Source: Eledone cirrhosa
Lineage: Eukaryota
Reading direction: 5' to 3'
DNA length: 64,000 nt
NCBI GenBank assembly: GCA_964016885.1
Contig: OZ024753.1
Span: 7,688,001 to 7,752,000 of the forward strand
Every line of letters starts with the position of its first letter. Positions within the stretch are counted from its first letter, which is position 1. Of this stretch, positions 1 to 17,171 are shown piece after piece. The notes under the pieces were generated by a model. That model saw only the letters and a program-made list of their open reading frames with translations, was not told the origin of the DNA and did not search any database. The position numbers were made by a program, and so were the translations under genes.

Positions 1-224
1 TAACACACATGGGCATGCCCACAAAGTCAGAAAACAGCACAGGTCCCATGACTTTCAGAGTTGCTGAAGCATAGAACAAACTACCTGCATCAGTTGTTAA
101 GTGCCGAGACACTGCATCCTTTGAAACCTCCATGCTTCCTGAAATTCGCCAACACTACGCCTGATATCCCCCTCCATACACACGCACACATTGTTCACTT
201 TCCTGACATTTGTACATTATTCTT

Positions 225-315
225 TTGCCTTTCATCCTTACCTGGTTGATAAAATAAAGTACCAGTAATGCACTCGGTATTTGTTGGCCTTGTGACAAAA
301 GTAGAAACAATTATT
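225..315 (+). mobile_element. tRNA-derived SINE, 3' fragment (family A)
   Basis: TTTGCCTTTCATCCTTAC..GATAAAATAAAGTACCAGTAATGCACT..CAAAAGTAGAAACAATTAT, same as the copy at 400-590. Confidence 0.8.
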
Positions 316-399
316 TTATGTACTATACAGGCACATTTGATGAGTTGTAGTACGCCTGAGCACTGTACACGATAATTTCATTACATTATATGATATTAG

Positions 400-590
400 G
401 GCGGTAGATTGGCAGTATCAGTAGAGGGTCGGACGCCATGCTTTCCAGCATAGTTACGTCCCTTTACGATCTGAGTTCAAATTCCGCCGAGGTTGACTTT
501 GCCTTTCATCCTTACGGGGGTCGATAAAATAAAGTACCAGTAATGCACTGGGTAATTGCTGGCCTTGTGCCTAAAGTAGAAACAATTATA
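400..590 (+). mobile_element. tRNA-derived SINE, full length (family A)
   Basis: A-box-like TGGCAGTATCAG, B-box GAGTTCAAATTC, conserved centre CCTTTCATCCTTACGGGGGTCGATAAAATAAAGTACCAG; more than 12 copies in this window. Confidence 0.85.
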
Positions 591-597
591 TTATATT

Positions 598-723
598 ATC
601 CCTTTCTCACTTGACTTCCTTGCGACCGAGAACTTCACACCCTAACCCAGTGTTTCATTCACAACTGGTGTTCCTCGGAACGCTAGGTTGAGAATGGTTG
701 CCCTAACCACTAAGCTACGCTCG
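598..723 (-). mobile_element. probable SINE with tRNA-like head
   Basis: minus strand begins CGAGCGTAGCTTAGTGGTTAGGGC (A-box-like); no complete cloverleaf visible. Confidence 0.4.
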
Positions 724-917
724 TTTATACAGATACAGAGAGATACGATACATGGTTGGTCCAATGACAATTCTTGCTATGGAGCCAACATTTATTACGT
801 TAGTATATTATTTGTAATATTAATATATGCAAACAGGCATTGCAGCAGAGTTATCAAAGCCTTTATCTCCCACGCACTCTTTTCTTATATGAATGGCGGA
901 ATTTTACGACGAAAACC

Positions 918-4360
<3,443 letters not shown>

Positions 4361-4656
4361 TTTTATAGTTATTGTCTGATATAAAAGCTTTCTCTTGAAG
4401 ATAATGTTTAATAGATCCTTGGCCTCCCTAGCCCCCCCCCCCCCACCAAAATCCCAGCCCCACTCCCCACATCAAAGAACCCCCAGCCCACCATTCCTTG
4501 TATATCCTGTCCTGTAATGAAACAAAACCACAATAAAAGCCGCGGAGGGGGTGGGTGGAGCGCAACGCAATAAGAAAAAATAACAACTCCGAAAATAATA
4601 ATATTTCTAGTTTGGGCTGAACGCCAACCATATCAGTAAGGGGGAAAGTCGATTAT

Positions 4657-4860
4657 AGGTAAAACTCCGTTATAACGAATACCATTATAACGAATTTGTT
4701 TTAGTATAGCGAAATTTGTTTCAATCCCCGTCCACAAGCTTATTAAAAAAATGGATAAAAGAATCTCGTTATGACGGCCAAAAAAAAAACAAAAAGGGAT
4801 AAAAGAATCTCGTTATAACGAACTTCATTACAACGAATATGCCAGTACAACGAATGGAAA
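4657..4860 (+). mobile_element. Tc1/mariner (Tigger-like) terminal region
   Basis: AGGTAAAACTCCGTTATAACGAATACCATTATAACGAA with repeated CGTTATAACGAA sub-terminal motifs; matches the reverse complement of 18103-18242. Confidence 0.6.
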
Positions 4861-4869
4861 TTGAACCCC

Positions 4870-5185
4870 AAGCAGGTCGGCTCTAGTTCTTTACTGGTAT
4901 TTTGTTTTAGTGAAACTCGGAAGGATTAATGGCAAAATTGTCCTCAGCAGGATTCGAACTCGGAGCGTAAGTAAATAGCGCAAGATATTTCGTCCGACGA
5001 AATAATTGTTTCTACTTTTGGCACAAGGCCAGCAACTAGCCCAGTGCATTACTGGTACTTTATTTTATCGACCCCGTAAGGATGAAAGGCAAAGTTAACC
5101 ACGGCGGGATATGACCTCAGACCGTAAACGGACATAACTCTGTGCTGGAAAGCATGGCGGCCGACCCTCCACCGATACTGCCAAC
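4870..5185 (-). mobile_element. two adjacent family A SINE copies
   Basis: reverse complement of the family A centre and B-box at 4870-5000 and 5003-5185. Confidence 0.8.
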
Positions 5186-5389
5186 AATGCAATTTTTATA
5201 TGAAAGACTATTTTTGGTAACTTGCATGAAATATTTCCACCAGACCAAATAAAAATGGAAATATCCCGATTCTAACCAAGGAAACAATGTTTTCATGTTG
5301 GTATTTTAGTGGTTGATACTGTCTGGCGTGAACCAAAACGACGATGTTATTGTTATGATCGTGGCTCAAACACCCCTATCTACTAAGTC

Positions 5390-6066
5390 ACACTGCTAAC
5401 TACTAAATCACATCCTTACCTACTAAACCACATCGCTCCTTATTAAACCATTTCCCTACCTGCTAAACCACATCCCTCTTTACTAAACCATAACCCTACC
5501 TACTAAACCACATCGCTCCTTACTAAACCATAACCCTACCTACTAAACCACATCGCTCCTTACTAAACCATAACCCTACCTACTAAACCACATCGCTCCT
5601 TACTAAACCATAACCCTACCTACTAAACCACATCGCTCCTTACTAAACCATAACCCTACCTACTAAACCACATCGCTCCTTACTAAACCATAACCCTACC
5701 TACTAAACCACATCGCTCCTTACTAAACCATAACCCTACCTACTAAACCACATCGCTCCTTACTAAACCATAACCCTACCTACTAAACCACATCGCTCCT
5801 TACTAAACCATAACCCTACCTACTAAACCACATCTCTCCTTACTAAAAATAACCCTACCTACTAAACCACATCGCTCCTTACTAAACCACATCGCTCCTT
5901 ACTAAACAACATCCCTCCTTACTAAACCACATACCTACCTACTAAACCACCTCCCTCTTTACTAAACCACCTCCCTACCTACTAAACTACATCCCAACCT
6001 ACTAAAATACACTACTAACTACTAAACCTCATGCCTACTTACTAAATTACACTACTGACTACTAAA
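5390..6066. repeat. minisatellite, 40-bp dimer of 20-bp subunits (TACTAAACCACATCGCTCCT / TACTAAACCATAACCCTACC)
   Basis: direct reading of tandem units; degenerate at both edges. Confidence 0.95.
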
Positions 6067-6159
6067 ATGTATGTACTAGTAAATCCCAGATAAATATAAC
6101 CACATGTGCAATGTATGGATGTCTGCTGGTATGTATATATATATATATGTGTGGTATGT

Positions 6160-9100
6160 AACTACTAAACCACACCATACCACACTACTAACTACTAAGC
6201 CATACCATGCCACACTACTAACTACAAAACCACACCAAGCCACACTACTAACTACTAAGCCATACCATACCACACTACTAACTACTAAGCCACACCAAGC
6301 CACGCTACTAACTACTGAGTCACACTTTTAACTACTAAGCCAAACCAAGCCTCTCTACTAACTACTAGTCACACTTCTAGCTTCTAAGTCACTCTACTAA
6401 TTACTAAACCACACTACTAACTACTAATCCATACCAAGCCACACTACTAACTACTAAGCCATACCAAGCCACACTACTAACTACTAAACCACACCAAGCC
6501 ACACTACTAACTACTAAGCCATACCATCCCACACTACTAACTACTAAATCACACTACTAACTACTAATCCATACCAAGCCACACTACTAACTACTAAGCC
6601 ATACCATGCCACACTACTAACTACTAAACCACACTACTAACTACTAATCCATACCAAGCCACACTACTAACTACTAAGCCATACCATGCCACACTACTAA
6701 CTACTAAACCACACTACTAACTACTAAGCCATACCATGCCACACTACTAACTACTAAGCCATACCATCCCACACTACTAACTACTAAGCCATACCATCCC
6801 ACACTACTAACTACTAAGTCACACCAAGCCACACTACTAACTACTAAGCCATACCATCCCACACTACTAACTACTAATCCATACCAAGCCACACTACTAA
6901 CTACTAAGCCATACCAAGCCACACTACTAACTACTAAACCACACCAAGCCACACTACTAACTACTACGCCATACCATCCCACACTACTAACTACTAATCC
7001 ATACCAAGCCACACTACTAACTACTAAACCACACCAAGCCACACTACTAACTACTACGCCATACCATCCCACACTACTAACTACTAAGCCATACCAAGCC
7101 ACACTACTAACTACTAAGCCATACCATCCCACACTACTAACTACTAATCCATACCAAGCCACACTACTAACTACTAAGCCATACCAAGCCACACTACTAA
7201 CTACTAAACCACACCAAGCCACACTACTAACTACTACGCCATACCATCCCACACTACTAACTACTAAATCACACTACTAACTACTAATCCATACCAAGCC
7301 ACACTACTAACTACTAAGCCATACCAAGCCACACTACTAACTACTAAGCCATACCAAGCCACACTACTAACTACTAAACCACACCAAGCCACACTACTAA
7401 CTACTACGCCATATCATCCCACACTACTAACTACTAAATCACACTACTAACTACTAAGCCATACCAAGCCACACTACTAACTACTAAGCCATACCAAGCC
7501 ACACTACTAACTACTAAACCACACCAAGCCACACTACTAACTACTACGCCATACCATCCCACACTACTAACTACTAAATCACACTACTAACTACTAATCC
7601 ATACCAAGCCACACTACTAACTACTAAGCCATACCAAGCCACACTACTAACTACTAAGCCATACCAAGCCACACTACTAACTACTAAGCCATACCAAGCC
7701 ACACTACTAACTACTAAACCACACCAAGCCACACTACTAACTACTACGCCATACCATCCCACACTACTAACTACTAAATCACACTACTAACTACTAATCC
7801 ATACCAAGCCACACTACTAACTACTAAGCCATACCAAGCCACACTACTAACTACTAAACCACACCAAGCCACACTACTAACTACTAAGCCATACCAAGCC
7901 ACACTACTAACTACTAAGCCATACCAAGCCACACTACTAACTACTAAGCCATACCAAGCCACACTACTAACTACTAAACCACACCAAGCCACACTACTAA
8001 CTACTACGCCATACCATCCCACACTACTAACTACTAAATCACACTACTAACTACTAATCCATACCAAGCCACACTACTAACTACTAAGCCATACCAAGCC
8101 ACACTACTAACTACTAAACCACACCAAGCCACACTACTAACTACTAAACCACACCAAGCCACACTACTAACTACTACGCCATACCATCCCACACTACTAA
8201 CTACTAAATCACACTACTAACTACTAATCCATACCAAGCCACACTACTAACTACTAAGCCATACCAAGCCACACTACTAACTACTAAACCACACCAAGCC
8301 ACACTACTAACTACTAATCCATACCAAGCCACACTACTAACTACTAAGCCATACCAAGCCACACTACTAACTACTAAGCCATACCAAGCCACACTACTAA
8401 CTACTAAACCACACCAAGCCACACTACTAACTACTACGCCATACCATCCCACACTACTAACTACTAAATCACACTACTAACTACTAATCCATACCAAGCC
8501 ACACTACTAACTACTAAGCCATACCAAGCCACACTACTAACTACTAATCCATACCAAGCCACACTACTAACTACTAAGCCATACCATCCCACACTACTAA
8601 CTACTAAACCACACCATCCCACACTACTAACTACTAAGCCATACCAAGCCACACTACTAACTACTAAGCCATACCATGCCACACTACTAACTACTAAGCC
8701 ATACCATCCCACACTACTAACTACTAAACCACACCATACCACACTACTAACTACTAAGCCATACCAAGCCACACTACTAACTACTAAGCCATACCATCCC
8801 ACACTACTAACTACTCAGCCATACCATCCCACACTACTAACTACTAAGCCATACCATGCCACACTACTAACTACTAAGCCATACCATCCCACACTACTAA
8901 CTACTAAGTCACACCAAGCCACACTACTAACTACTAAGACACACTAAGCCATACTACTAACTACTAAGCCATACCATCCCACACTACTAACTACTAAGCC
9001 ATACCATCCCACACTACTAACTACTAAGCCATACCATGCCACACTACTAACTACTAAGCCATACCAAGCCACACTACTAACTACTAAGCCATACCAAGCC

Positions 9101-9352
9101 ACACTACTAACTACTAAGCCATACCATCCCACACTACTAACTACTAAGTCACACCAAGCCATACTACTAACTACTAAGCCATACCATGCCACACTACTAA
9201 CTACTAAGCCACACTACTAACTACTAAGCCATACCATCCCACACTACTAACTACTAAGCCATACCATCCCACACTACTAACTACTAAACCACACTACTAA
9301 CTACTAAGCCATACCATCCCACACTACTAACTACTAAGCCATACCTTGCCAC
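6160..9352. repeat. 30-bp minisatellite (ACACTACTAACTACTAAGCCATACCAAGCC) with 20-bp short units and higher-order structure
   Basis: about 100 tandem units; the WYGLVVSSVA ORFs are its translation. Confidence 0.97.
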
Positions 9353-9939
9353 AAGCCTTCACACAGAATGAATTCCAATGCCTTATTTTACGTTAGTTAA
9401 GGAAAAACGAAAATCTTTTATAGCTTTTCATCTATCGACCTTCCAAGAAGAATCTATGAAATAAGTAAAACTTCCTTACTGGCAGCGGTGAAGATCAATG
9501 AATTCGATTACACATATACACTGAAATTTGAAGTTTTCTTTCAAAATCAGAAATCATGTAATTTTTATTTATTAGTTTCTTTTATTTCAGTTATAGAAAG
9601 ACAACCCCCTCCCACCTCAAAAAAATCCCCCCCCCAAAATCAAATGGTAGATCAGGGTTGAGAGAGTGCAAATTTTTCCACGGTCGATCTTGCCATTCAA
9701 ACAATAGAGGGTCGATAAGATAAAATAGCAATCAAAGGTAGGTTAGCGGGATTGTTACAGCAATGGGCGAGGTCTCTCGTTATATTAGTTCTGACATCTT
9801 GCATTCTAATTCAAATCCCGTTGTGGCCTACGAGAGTAGGAGACTAAATCCGTCGCTTTGTTTAATACTACCACATGGTCCCGGGTACTTTTGACGGTCT
9901 CCACTGACTTGGGTCAAATTTCCATCTTGACGATACATT

Positions 9940-10127
9940 CCTCCTTCCTTCCTTTACAAGTGTTGGGGCCGTGAGTGTTCTCATATCACTGTCCTTTCTA
10001 CCAGAGGCGGGTTGCCACCTGAATACTACAACATCCTCCTTCCTTCCTTTACAAGTGTTGGGGCCGTGAGTGTTCTCATATCACTGTCCTTTCTACCAGA
10101 GGCGGGTTGCCGCCTTAATACTACAAC
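9940..10127. repeat. about 95-bp direct tandem duplication
   Basis: CCTTCCTTTACAAGTGTTGGGGCCGTGAGTG...GAGGCGGGTTGCC occurs twice, 95 bp apart. Confidence 0.85.
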
Positions 10128-10179
10128 TACAAAAAAATACAGACAGGTCAAAGACGAACCTGAATATAGACATGATCTG

Positions 10180-10470
10180 GTAATAATTGTTTCTGCTTTT
10201 GGCACAAGGCCAGCAATTATCCCAGTACATTACTGGTACTTTATTTTATCGACCTCGTAAGGATGAAAGGCAAAGTTAACCTCGGTGGGATTTGAACTCA
10301 GACCGTAAAGGACCGTAACTCTATGCTACAAAGCATGAACGAGATATCAAAAGAGCATTAGAGCATCAGACACCATTCATCCTTTCATCCTTACGGGGTC
10401 GATAAAATAAAGTACCAGTAATGTACTGGGATAATTGCTGGCCTTGAGCCAAAAGTAGAAACAATTATTG
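10180..10470. mobile_element. two family A SINE copies in inverted orientation (10180-10335 minus, 10376-10470 plus)
   Basis: family A consensus on opposite strands. Confidence 0.8.
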
Positions 10471-10723
10471 TTTATTCACATGTGACGCGCATTTTACGAT
10501 CGATTAGCTGAAGGCACAATCAGTATCGATCGTGCCCAACTCTGTAATCGATGGCTCACCAGATTCGTGGTTTCCTTAATGAAAGGAGATCGAACCACCT
10601 AGGCTACAACTATGTAATTTATTTGTCCAAAATAGAGAGAAAACAAAATGAAAGTTATTTCGTCAAGAGACATTGGTAAAACAATTGAAGTGTTCTTCGT
10701 CTTAGTCCTTCCTCTACCATAAC

Positions 10724-11712
10724 GGTGGTGGTGGTAGTGGTAGTAGTGGTGGTGGTAGTGGTAGTAGTGGTGGTGGTAGTAGTGGTGGTGGTGGTGGTGG
10801 TGGTGGGATGGGGGTGGTAGTAGTGGTGGTAGTAGTGATGTTGGTGGTAGTAGTGGTGGTGGTAGTAGTGGTGGTGGTGGTGGTGGTAGTAGTGGTGGTG
10901 GGGTGGGGGTGGTAGTAGTGGTGGTGGTAGTGATGTTGGTGGTAGTAGTGGTGGTGGTAGTGATGTTGGTGGTAGTAGTGGTGGTGGTAGTAGTGGTGGT
11001 GGTGGTGTAGTGGTAGTGTTGGTGTTGTTGGTGGTGGTGGTGGTGTAGTGGTAGTGTTGGTGTTGTTGTTGGTGGTGGTGTTGGTGTAGTGGTAGTGGAG
11101 GTGCTGTTGGTGGTGGTGGTGGTGGTGGTGTAGTGGTGGTGGTGTAGTGGTAGTGTTGGTGCTGTTGGTGGTGGTGGTGTAGTGGTAGTGTTGGTGCTGG
11201 TGGTGGTGGTGGTGTAGTGGTGGTGGTGGTGGTGGTGTGGTAGTGTTGGTGGTGGTGGTGGTGTAGTGGTAGTGTTGGTGCTGTAGTGTTGGTGGTGTTG
11301 GTTATGTAATGGTAGTGTTGGTGCTGTAGGTGGCGGTGATGGTGTAGTGGTAGTGCTGGTGGTGGTGGTGGTGTAGTGGTGGTGGTGGTGGTGTGGTAGT
11401 GTTGGTGGTGGTGGTGGTGTAGTGGTAGTGTTGGTGCTGTAGTGTTGGTGGTGTTGGTTATGTAATGGTAGTGTTGGTGCTGTAGGTGGTGGTGATGGTG
11501 TAGTGGTAGTGTTGGTGATGTAGGTGGTGGTGGTGGTGTAGTGGTAGTGTTGGTGCTGTAGTGTTGGTGGTGGTGTTTATCTAATGGTAGTGTTGGTGCT
11601 GTAGGTGGTGTTGGTGGTGTAGTAGTAGTGTTGGTGCTGTAGGTGGTGCTGGTATAGTGGTAGTGTTGGTGTTGGTGGTGGTGTAGTGGTAGTGTTGGTG
11701 GTAGTAGTAGGG
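10724..11712. repeat. (GGT/AGT)n trinucleotide-derived low-complexity repeat
   Basis: GGTGGTAGTAGT and GTAGTGGTAGTGTT units. Confidence 0.95.
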
Positions 11713-11919
11713 GTTTACTAGTAATTCTACATTAGTAAAAGGATAGAAGCTGAAGTCTGTGGCTCTGTGACTGGGTCACAGATCCACACAGACATTAATT
11801 ACGCAACAAATGTGACAAATCTCTTTTTGGTGTAGTTGTCGTTTTTTTTTTTAATGATGTACTTATAAAAAAAAAGGGCCGTGTCTTCAATATAATTACT
11901 GTCTCCTTCTCCTCTTACC

Positions 11920-11956
<37 letters not shown>

Positions 11957-12985
11957 CATTGTTGTTGTCGTCGTCGTCGTCTTCTATGTCCTCGTCCAAT
12001 GTTTTTCTTCTTCACCTTCTTTTCCGTTCGTTTTCTTCTCCAGCGCCCTTCTTATTCTACCAGACCATCCTTCTTCTTCTTCTTCTACGCCCTTCTTCTT
12101 CTTCTTCTTCTTCTTCTTCCTCTTCTCAACCCACCAACATTTTCGTCTTCTCCTTCCTCTTCCTCTTCTCCTTCCTCTCCTCAACCCAACTTCTTCGTCT
12201 TCCACTTCGTCTTCTTCTCAAACCACCAACTTCTTCTCCTTCTGATGTTTTTCCTCTCAAATGGACTTTCAAGATAACGAGAAGACGAAGAAGAAATGAC
12301 ATCAAAGCCAGAATCTGGACTGTAATTTATTTCTCTTCATTTCATCCAAACTACTTTTATATCTGCATGTCTCTTCCGTCTTTTGTCTTCCGTCTTTTGT
12401 AGCCATCCTCCACCCTCCACCTTCCAACTTCCATCCTCCATCTTCCATCCTCCACCTTCCACCTTCCATCTTCCTCCGTCCTCCACCTTCCGTCCTCCAC
12501 CTTCCATCCTCCACCTTCCACCTTCCATCCTCCACCCTCCATCCTCCACCTTCCTCCGTCCTCCACCCTCCACCTTCCATCCGCCACCTTCCACCTTCCT
12601 CCATCCTCCACCTTCCATCCTCCACCTTCCATCCTCCACCTTCCTCCGTCCTCCACCCTCCACCTTCCACCTTCCACCTTCCTACGTCCTCCATCTTCCA
12701 TCTTCCATCCTCCACCACGAATGAGCCTTTATAGACTGAAGGGAGAAGAAGAAAGGAAGAAGAAGGAACAGGAAGAAGGAAAGGAAGGGAAAAAAGGAAG
12801 GAATGAAGGGAGGAAGGAAAGGAAGAGGAGGAAAGAGGAGAAGGAAGAGGAGGAAGGAAAGGAAGGAGAAGCAAGAGGAAGAAGGAAGGAAGAGAAAGGA
12901 AAGGAAAGAGGAGAAGGAGGGAAGAAAGGAAGGGGTAGGAGGAAGAAGAAGGAACAGGAGGAAGGAAGGGGGAGGAAGGGAAATT
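11920..12985. repeat. (TTA)n/(CTT)n tract, 7-bp CCTCCAC/CCTTCCA repeat and purine-rich GGAA tract
   Basis: low-complexity polypyrimidine stretch followed by a polypurine stretch. Confidence 0.9.
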
Positions 12986-13097
12986 AGTTAATAGATATAA
13001 TTTCCAGTTGTAAGGACGCAGCATGGCCAAATGTTTTAAGCAATTTGCTTCGTAATCGTTGGGTCCCGGGTGTGATTCTAGTGTCTTGGACAATGTG

Positions 13098-13360
13098 TCC
13101 AGTTGACAGCTGTTATAGCCTCCAGTTGACATCTACCATAGCCTTCAGTTGACATCTACCATAGCCTCCAGTTGACAGCTGCCATAGCCTCCAGTTGACA
13201 GCTGCCATAGCCTCCAGTTGACAGCTGCCATAGCCTCCAGTTGACAGCTGCCATAGCCTCCAGTTGACATCTACCATAGCCTCCAGTTGACATCTACCAT
13301 AGCCTCCAGTTGACAGCTACCATAGCCTCCAGTTGACAGCTACCATAGCCTCCAGTTGAC
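13098..13360. repeat. 23-bp minisatellite (GCCATAGCCTCCAGTTGACAGCT), about 11 copies
   Basis: period 23 read directly. Confidence 0.95.
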
Positions 13361-13525
13361 TCGCAAATACACACAGTCCTGCACTCACAAAAACACACAG
13401 AAACACACAGAAACACACACACACACACAAATACACACAGTTACACAAACACACACACACACACACACATAAGCAACTACACACAGACAGACTGTTATGT
13501 GTGTGCCCAATTTTCCTCTTCCTGA

Positions 13526-14434
13526 ACAACAAACAGTTACTTACAGCTGGTCTCGCAACAACAACAAACAGTTACTCACAGCTGGTCTCGCAACAACAAC
13601 AAACAGTTACTCACAGCTGGTCTCGCAACAACAACAAACAGTTACTCACAGCTGGTCTCGCAACAACAACAAACAGTTACTCACAGCTGGTCTCGCAACA
13701 ACAACAAACAGTTACTCACAGCTGGTCTCGCAACAACAACAAACAGTTACTCACAGCTGGTCTCGCAACAACAACAAACAGTTACTCACAGCTGGTCTCG
13801 CAACAACAACAAACAGTTACTCACAGCTGGTCTCGCAACAACAACAAACAGTTACTCACAGCTGGTCTCGCAACAACAACAAACAGTTACTCACAGCTGG
13901 TCTCGCAACAACAACAAACAGTTACTCACAGCTGGTCTCGCAACAACAACAAACAGTTACTCACAGCTGGTCTCGCAACAACAACAAACAGTTACTCACA
14001 GCTGGTCTCGCAACAACAACAAACAGTTACTCACAGCTGGTCTCGCAACAACAACAAACAGTTACTCACAGCTGGTCTCGCAACAACAACAAACAGTTAC
14101 TCACAGCTGGTCTCGCAACAACAACAAACAGTTACTCACAGCTGGTCTCGCAACAACAACAAACAGTTACTCACAGCTGGTCTCGCAACAACAACAAACA
14201 GTTACTCACAGCTGGTCTCGCAACAACAACAAACAGTTACTCACAGCTGGTCTCGCAACAACAACAAACAGTTACTCACAGCTGGTCTCGCAACAACAAC
14301 AAACAGTTACTCACAGCTGGTCTCGCAACAACAACAAACAGTTACTCACAGCTGGTCTCGCAACAACAACAAACAGTTACTCACAGCTGGTCTCGCAACA
14401 ACAACAAACAGTTACTCACAGCTGGTCTCGCAAC
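13526..14434. repeat. 35-bp minisatellite (ACAACAAACAGTTACTCACAGCTGGTCTCGCAACA), about 26 near-identical copies
   Basis: period 35; stop-free on the + strand, which explains the 327- and 343-aa ORFs. Confidence 0.97.
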
Positions 14435-14536
14435 GTCTCCTGATCAAAGTAAACTCTGCCGTAGAGAGATATACATATAATAACTTACATGGACATATCG
14501 GGAGAAGGGAGAGGGAAACTTCACATGAATAACACT

Positions 14537-15440
14537 GTGGTGGTGGTGATGGTGGTGGTGGTGGTGGTGGTGGTGATGGTAGTGGTGGTGACGGTGGTGA
14601 TAGTGGTGTTGGTGGTGATAGTGGTGTTGGTGGTGGTGTTGGTGGTGGTGGTGTGGTGATGGTGGTGGTGGGGGTGATTGTGGAGGTGATGGTGGTTGTA
14701 GGAGAGACGGTGGTGGTGGTGGTGGTGGTGATGATGATAGTGGTGGTGGTGGTGGAATTGGTGGTAGTGGTGGTGGTGATGGTGGTGGAGGCGGTGTTGG
14801 TGGTGGTGTTGGTGATGGAGACGGTGGTGGTGGCGGTGGTGGTGATGGAGATGACGGTGGTGGTGATGGTGTTGGAGGTGGAGACAGCGGTGGTGGTGGT
14901 GGTGATGATGGGTGTGGCGGAGACGGTAGTGGTGGTGGTGACGTGGGGTTGATTGCGACGGTGGTGGCGATGACGGGTGTGATGTCATTCGGTGGCGATA
15001 TCAGGGGGGGGGGGTAATGTCGTTTGGTGTCAATGACAGGAATAATGAAGAGATTGATGACGTTTGGTGATGGTGAGGTGGTGGTGCCTGGTGGTGTTTG
15101 GTGGTGATGAGGATGATGACGTTGATGACGAGGATGACGACATTTGCTGGTGATGACAAAGGCAATGAAGAAGTTAACAACGTTTGGTGGTGATGACAAA
15201 GGCAACGAAGATGATGACAACGTTTGGTGGTGATGACAAAGGCAATGGAGAAGTTGACAACGTTTGGTGGTGATGACAAAGGCAATGGAGAAGTTGACAA
15301 CGTTTGGTGGTGATGACAAAGGCAATGGAGAAGTTGACAACGTTTGGTGGTGATGACAAAGGCAATGAAGATGACATTTGGTGGTGATGACGAGAATGAT
15401 GACAAGGGTGATGACATTGATGGTGAAGGGGGTGATGACA
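14537..15440. repeat. (GGT)n-derived tract grading into a 40-bp minisatellite (CGTTTGGTGGTGATGACAAAGGCAATGGAGAAGTTGACAA)
   Basis: about 5 copies of the 40-mer at 15140-15390. Confidence 0.9.
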
Positions 15441-15507
15441 TACTCTGGAAGTTATGAAATACCCACAGAAATGTGGTGGGATAAATATACATCAGAAAAT
15501 GTAATAC

Positions 15508-15818
15508 AATGGAATATGTCAGTCTACAGAGAGTGAGAGAGAGAGAGGAAGAGAGCGAGGTGGGGGAATACGCCAGACGACAGAGAGAGAGAGAGGAGAG
15601 GGAGAAAGTCGGAGAAAGTCAGGGGGGAATATGCCAGTCCACAGAAAGAGAGAGAGAGAAAGAGAGAGGGGAGGAAGGAGGGAAATATGCAAGTTCAGAA
15701 AGAGAGGAGAGAGAGAGAGAGGGGTGGGGGAATATGCCAGTCCAGAGAGAGAGAGAGAGAAGGGGAGATATAGAGACGGAGATGGGAAGAGAGAAAGAGA
15801 GGTGGAAATATGCCAGTC

Positions 15819-15851
<33 letters not shown>

Positions 15852-15910
15852 TAAGAGAGAGAGAAGGGGGAGAGAGAGAGAGAGCAAAGAAAGGGCAGGG
15901 ATATGCTCAA
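15508..15910. repeat. GA-microsatellite composite repeat with recurring GGAATATGCCAGTC
   Basis: motif recurs about 7 times between (GA)n runs. Confidence 0.8.
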
Positions 15911-16015
15911 TGTTAATTATGTTTTAAACGTTCAGATTTACCAATCTAATAATTAAAGATGCTGAGTTTTTAATTATCCCTACATCGAAACCATTTACGT
16001 TTATATACATACATG

Positions 16016-16425
<410 letters not shown>

Positions 16426-16559
16426 CGCTGTGAATATATCCCTTCCATATACTGTACCGATTGTGTTGTTATTTAAGTTTACCTTTTACATTCATATATG
16501 TATTGAAAATATTAATAAAGGAGAAATATCATAACCGCAGTATATACATATTATTATAC

Positions 16560-16621
16560 AAAGTATTATACATATTTCAAAGCTACAATGGTGTTTCAGT
16601 ACGTTTTCATCAGATAAAATA
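16560..16621 (-). ncRNA. type I hammerhead ribozyme motif, degenerate (family of 22431)
   Basis: minus strand: ATTTTAT-CTGATGA-AAACGTACTGAAACACCATTGTAGCTTT-GAAA-TATGTA-TA-ATAC; stems I and II weak. Confidence 0.55.
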
Positions 16622-16674
16622 TATAAGAGAAAGTCTGTTATATTCGTCTGTTATATTCCTTTGTTATATTTCGA

Positions 16675-16732
16675 ATACCTGATGATATCACCGGATTCAT
16701 ACGGAACCCGGTCATTGAAATGATCATAGTAT
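16675..16732 (+). ncRNA. type I hammerhead ribozyme motif (family of 61156)
   Basis: ATAC-CTGATGA-tatcACCGG..CCGGTcatt-GAAA-TGATCA (palindrome)-TA-GTAT. Confidence 0.65.
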
Positions 16733-17106
16733 AATAAACCTTTCAAGGATTTACACAAGTCCAGCCTCCTGTTATTTTATTATAACAATTAACTCCGCAC
16801 TCGCACTACCAACTACACAAACGGAGACGGTGAGCTGCATTACGTTGAGTACTCTCCATAATATTACATCGAGATTGACCATACGGAATGACCAATTCTA
16901 TCCAATGGGGAACCAACAAACCTAAATAAATATATATATATATATATATATTATATCTCACATGAAATGATACAGCCAATTTTCCACACAATACAATTAG
17001 TTAGCACCCCGAACGTTTAATTGGGAATATACTCAGGTATTTCCTAATGTTTGTTGAGTGAGTTGGAATTTGGCCGGAGTATTGCTATTAGCTTTCTCCG
17101 TTTATG

Positions 17107-17171
<65 letters not shown>

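Noticed and set aside
400-490. tRNA gene
   Set aside because: A and B boxes are present but there is no cloverleaf, and it is joined to a multi-copy SINE body.
5461-5860. Telomeric repeat (TAACCC within the 40-bp unit)
   Set aside because: Only one hexamer per unit and no (TTAGGG)n run.
6704-9192. WYGLVVSSVA repeat membrane-protein ORFs
   Set aside because: Satellite translation broken by 20-bp units that shift the frame.
13497-14532. 327- and 343-aa repeat-protein ORFs, or a CRISPR array
   Set aside because: The 35-bp unit is not a multiple of 3 and cycles through all frames; there are no unique spacers and no cas genes.
14444-15340. Extensin-like or His-rich protein
   Set aside because: (GGT)n-derived simple repeat open in several frames on both strands.
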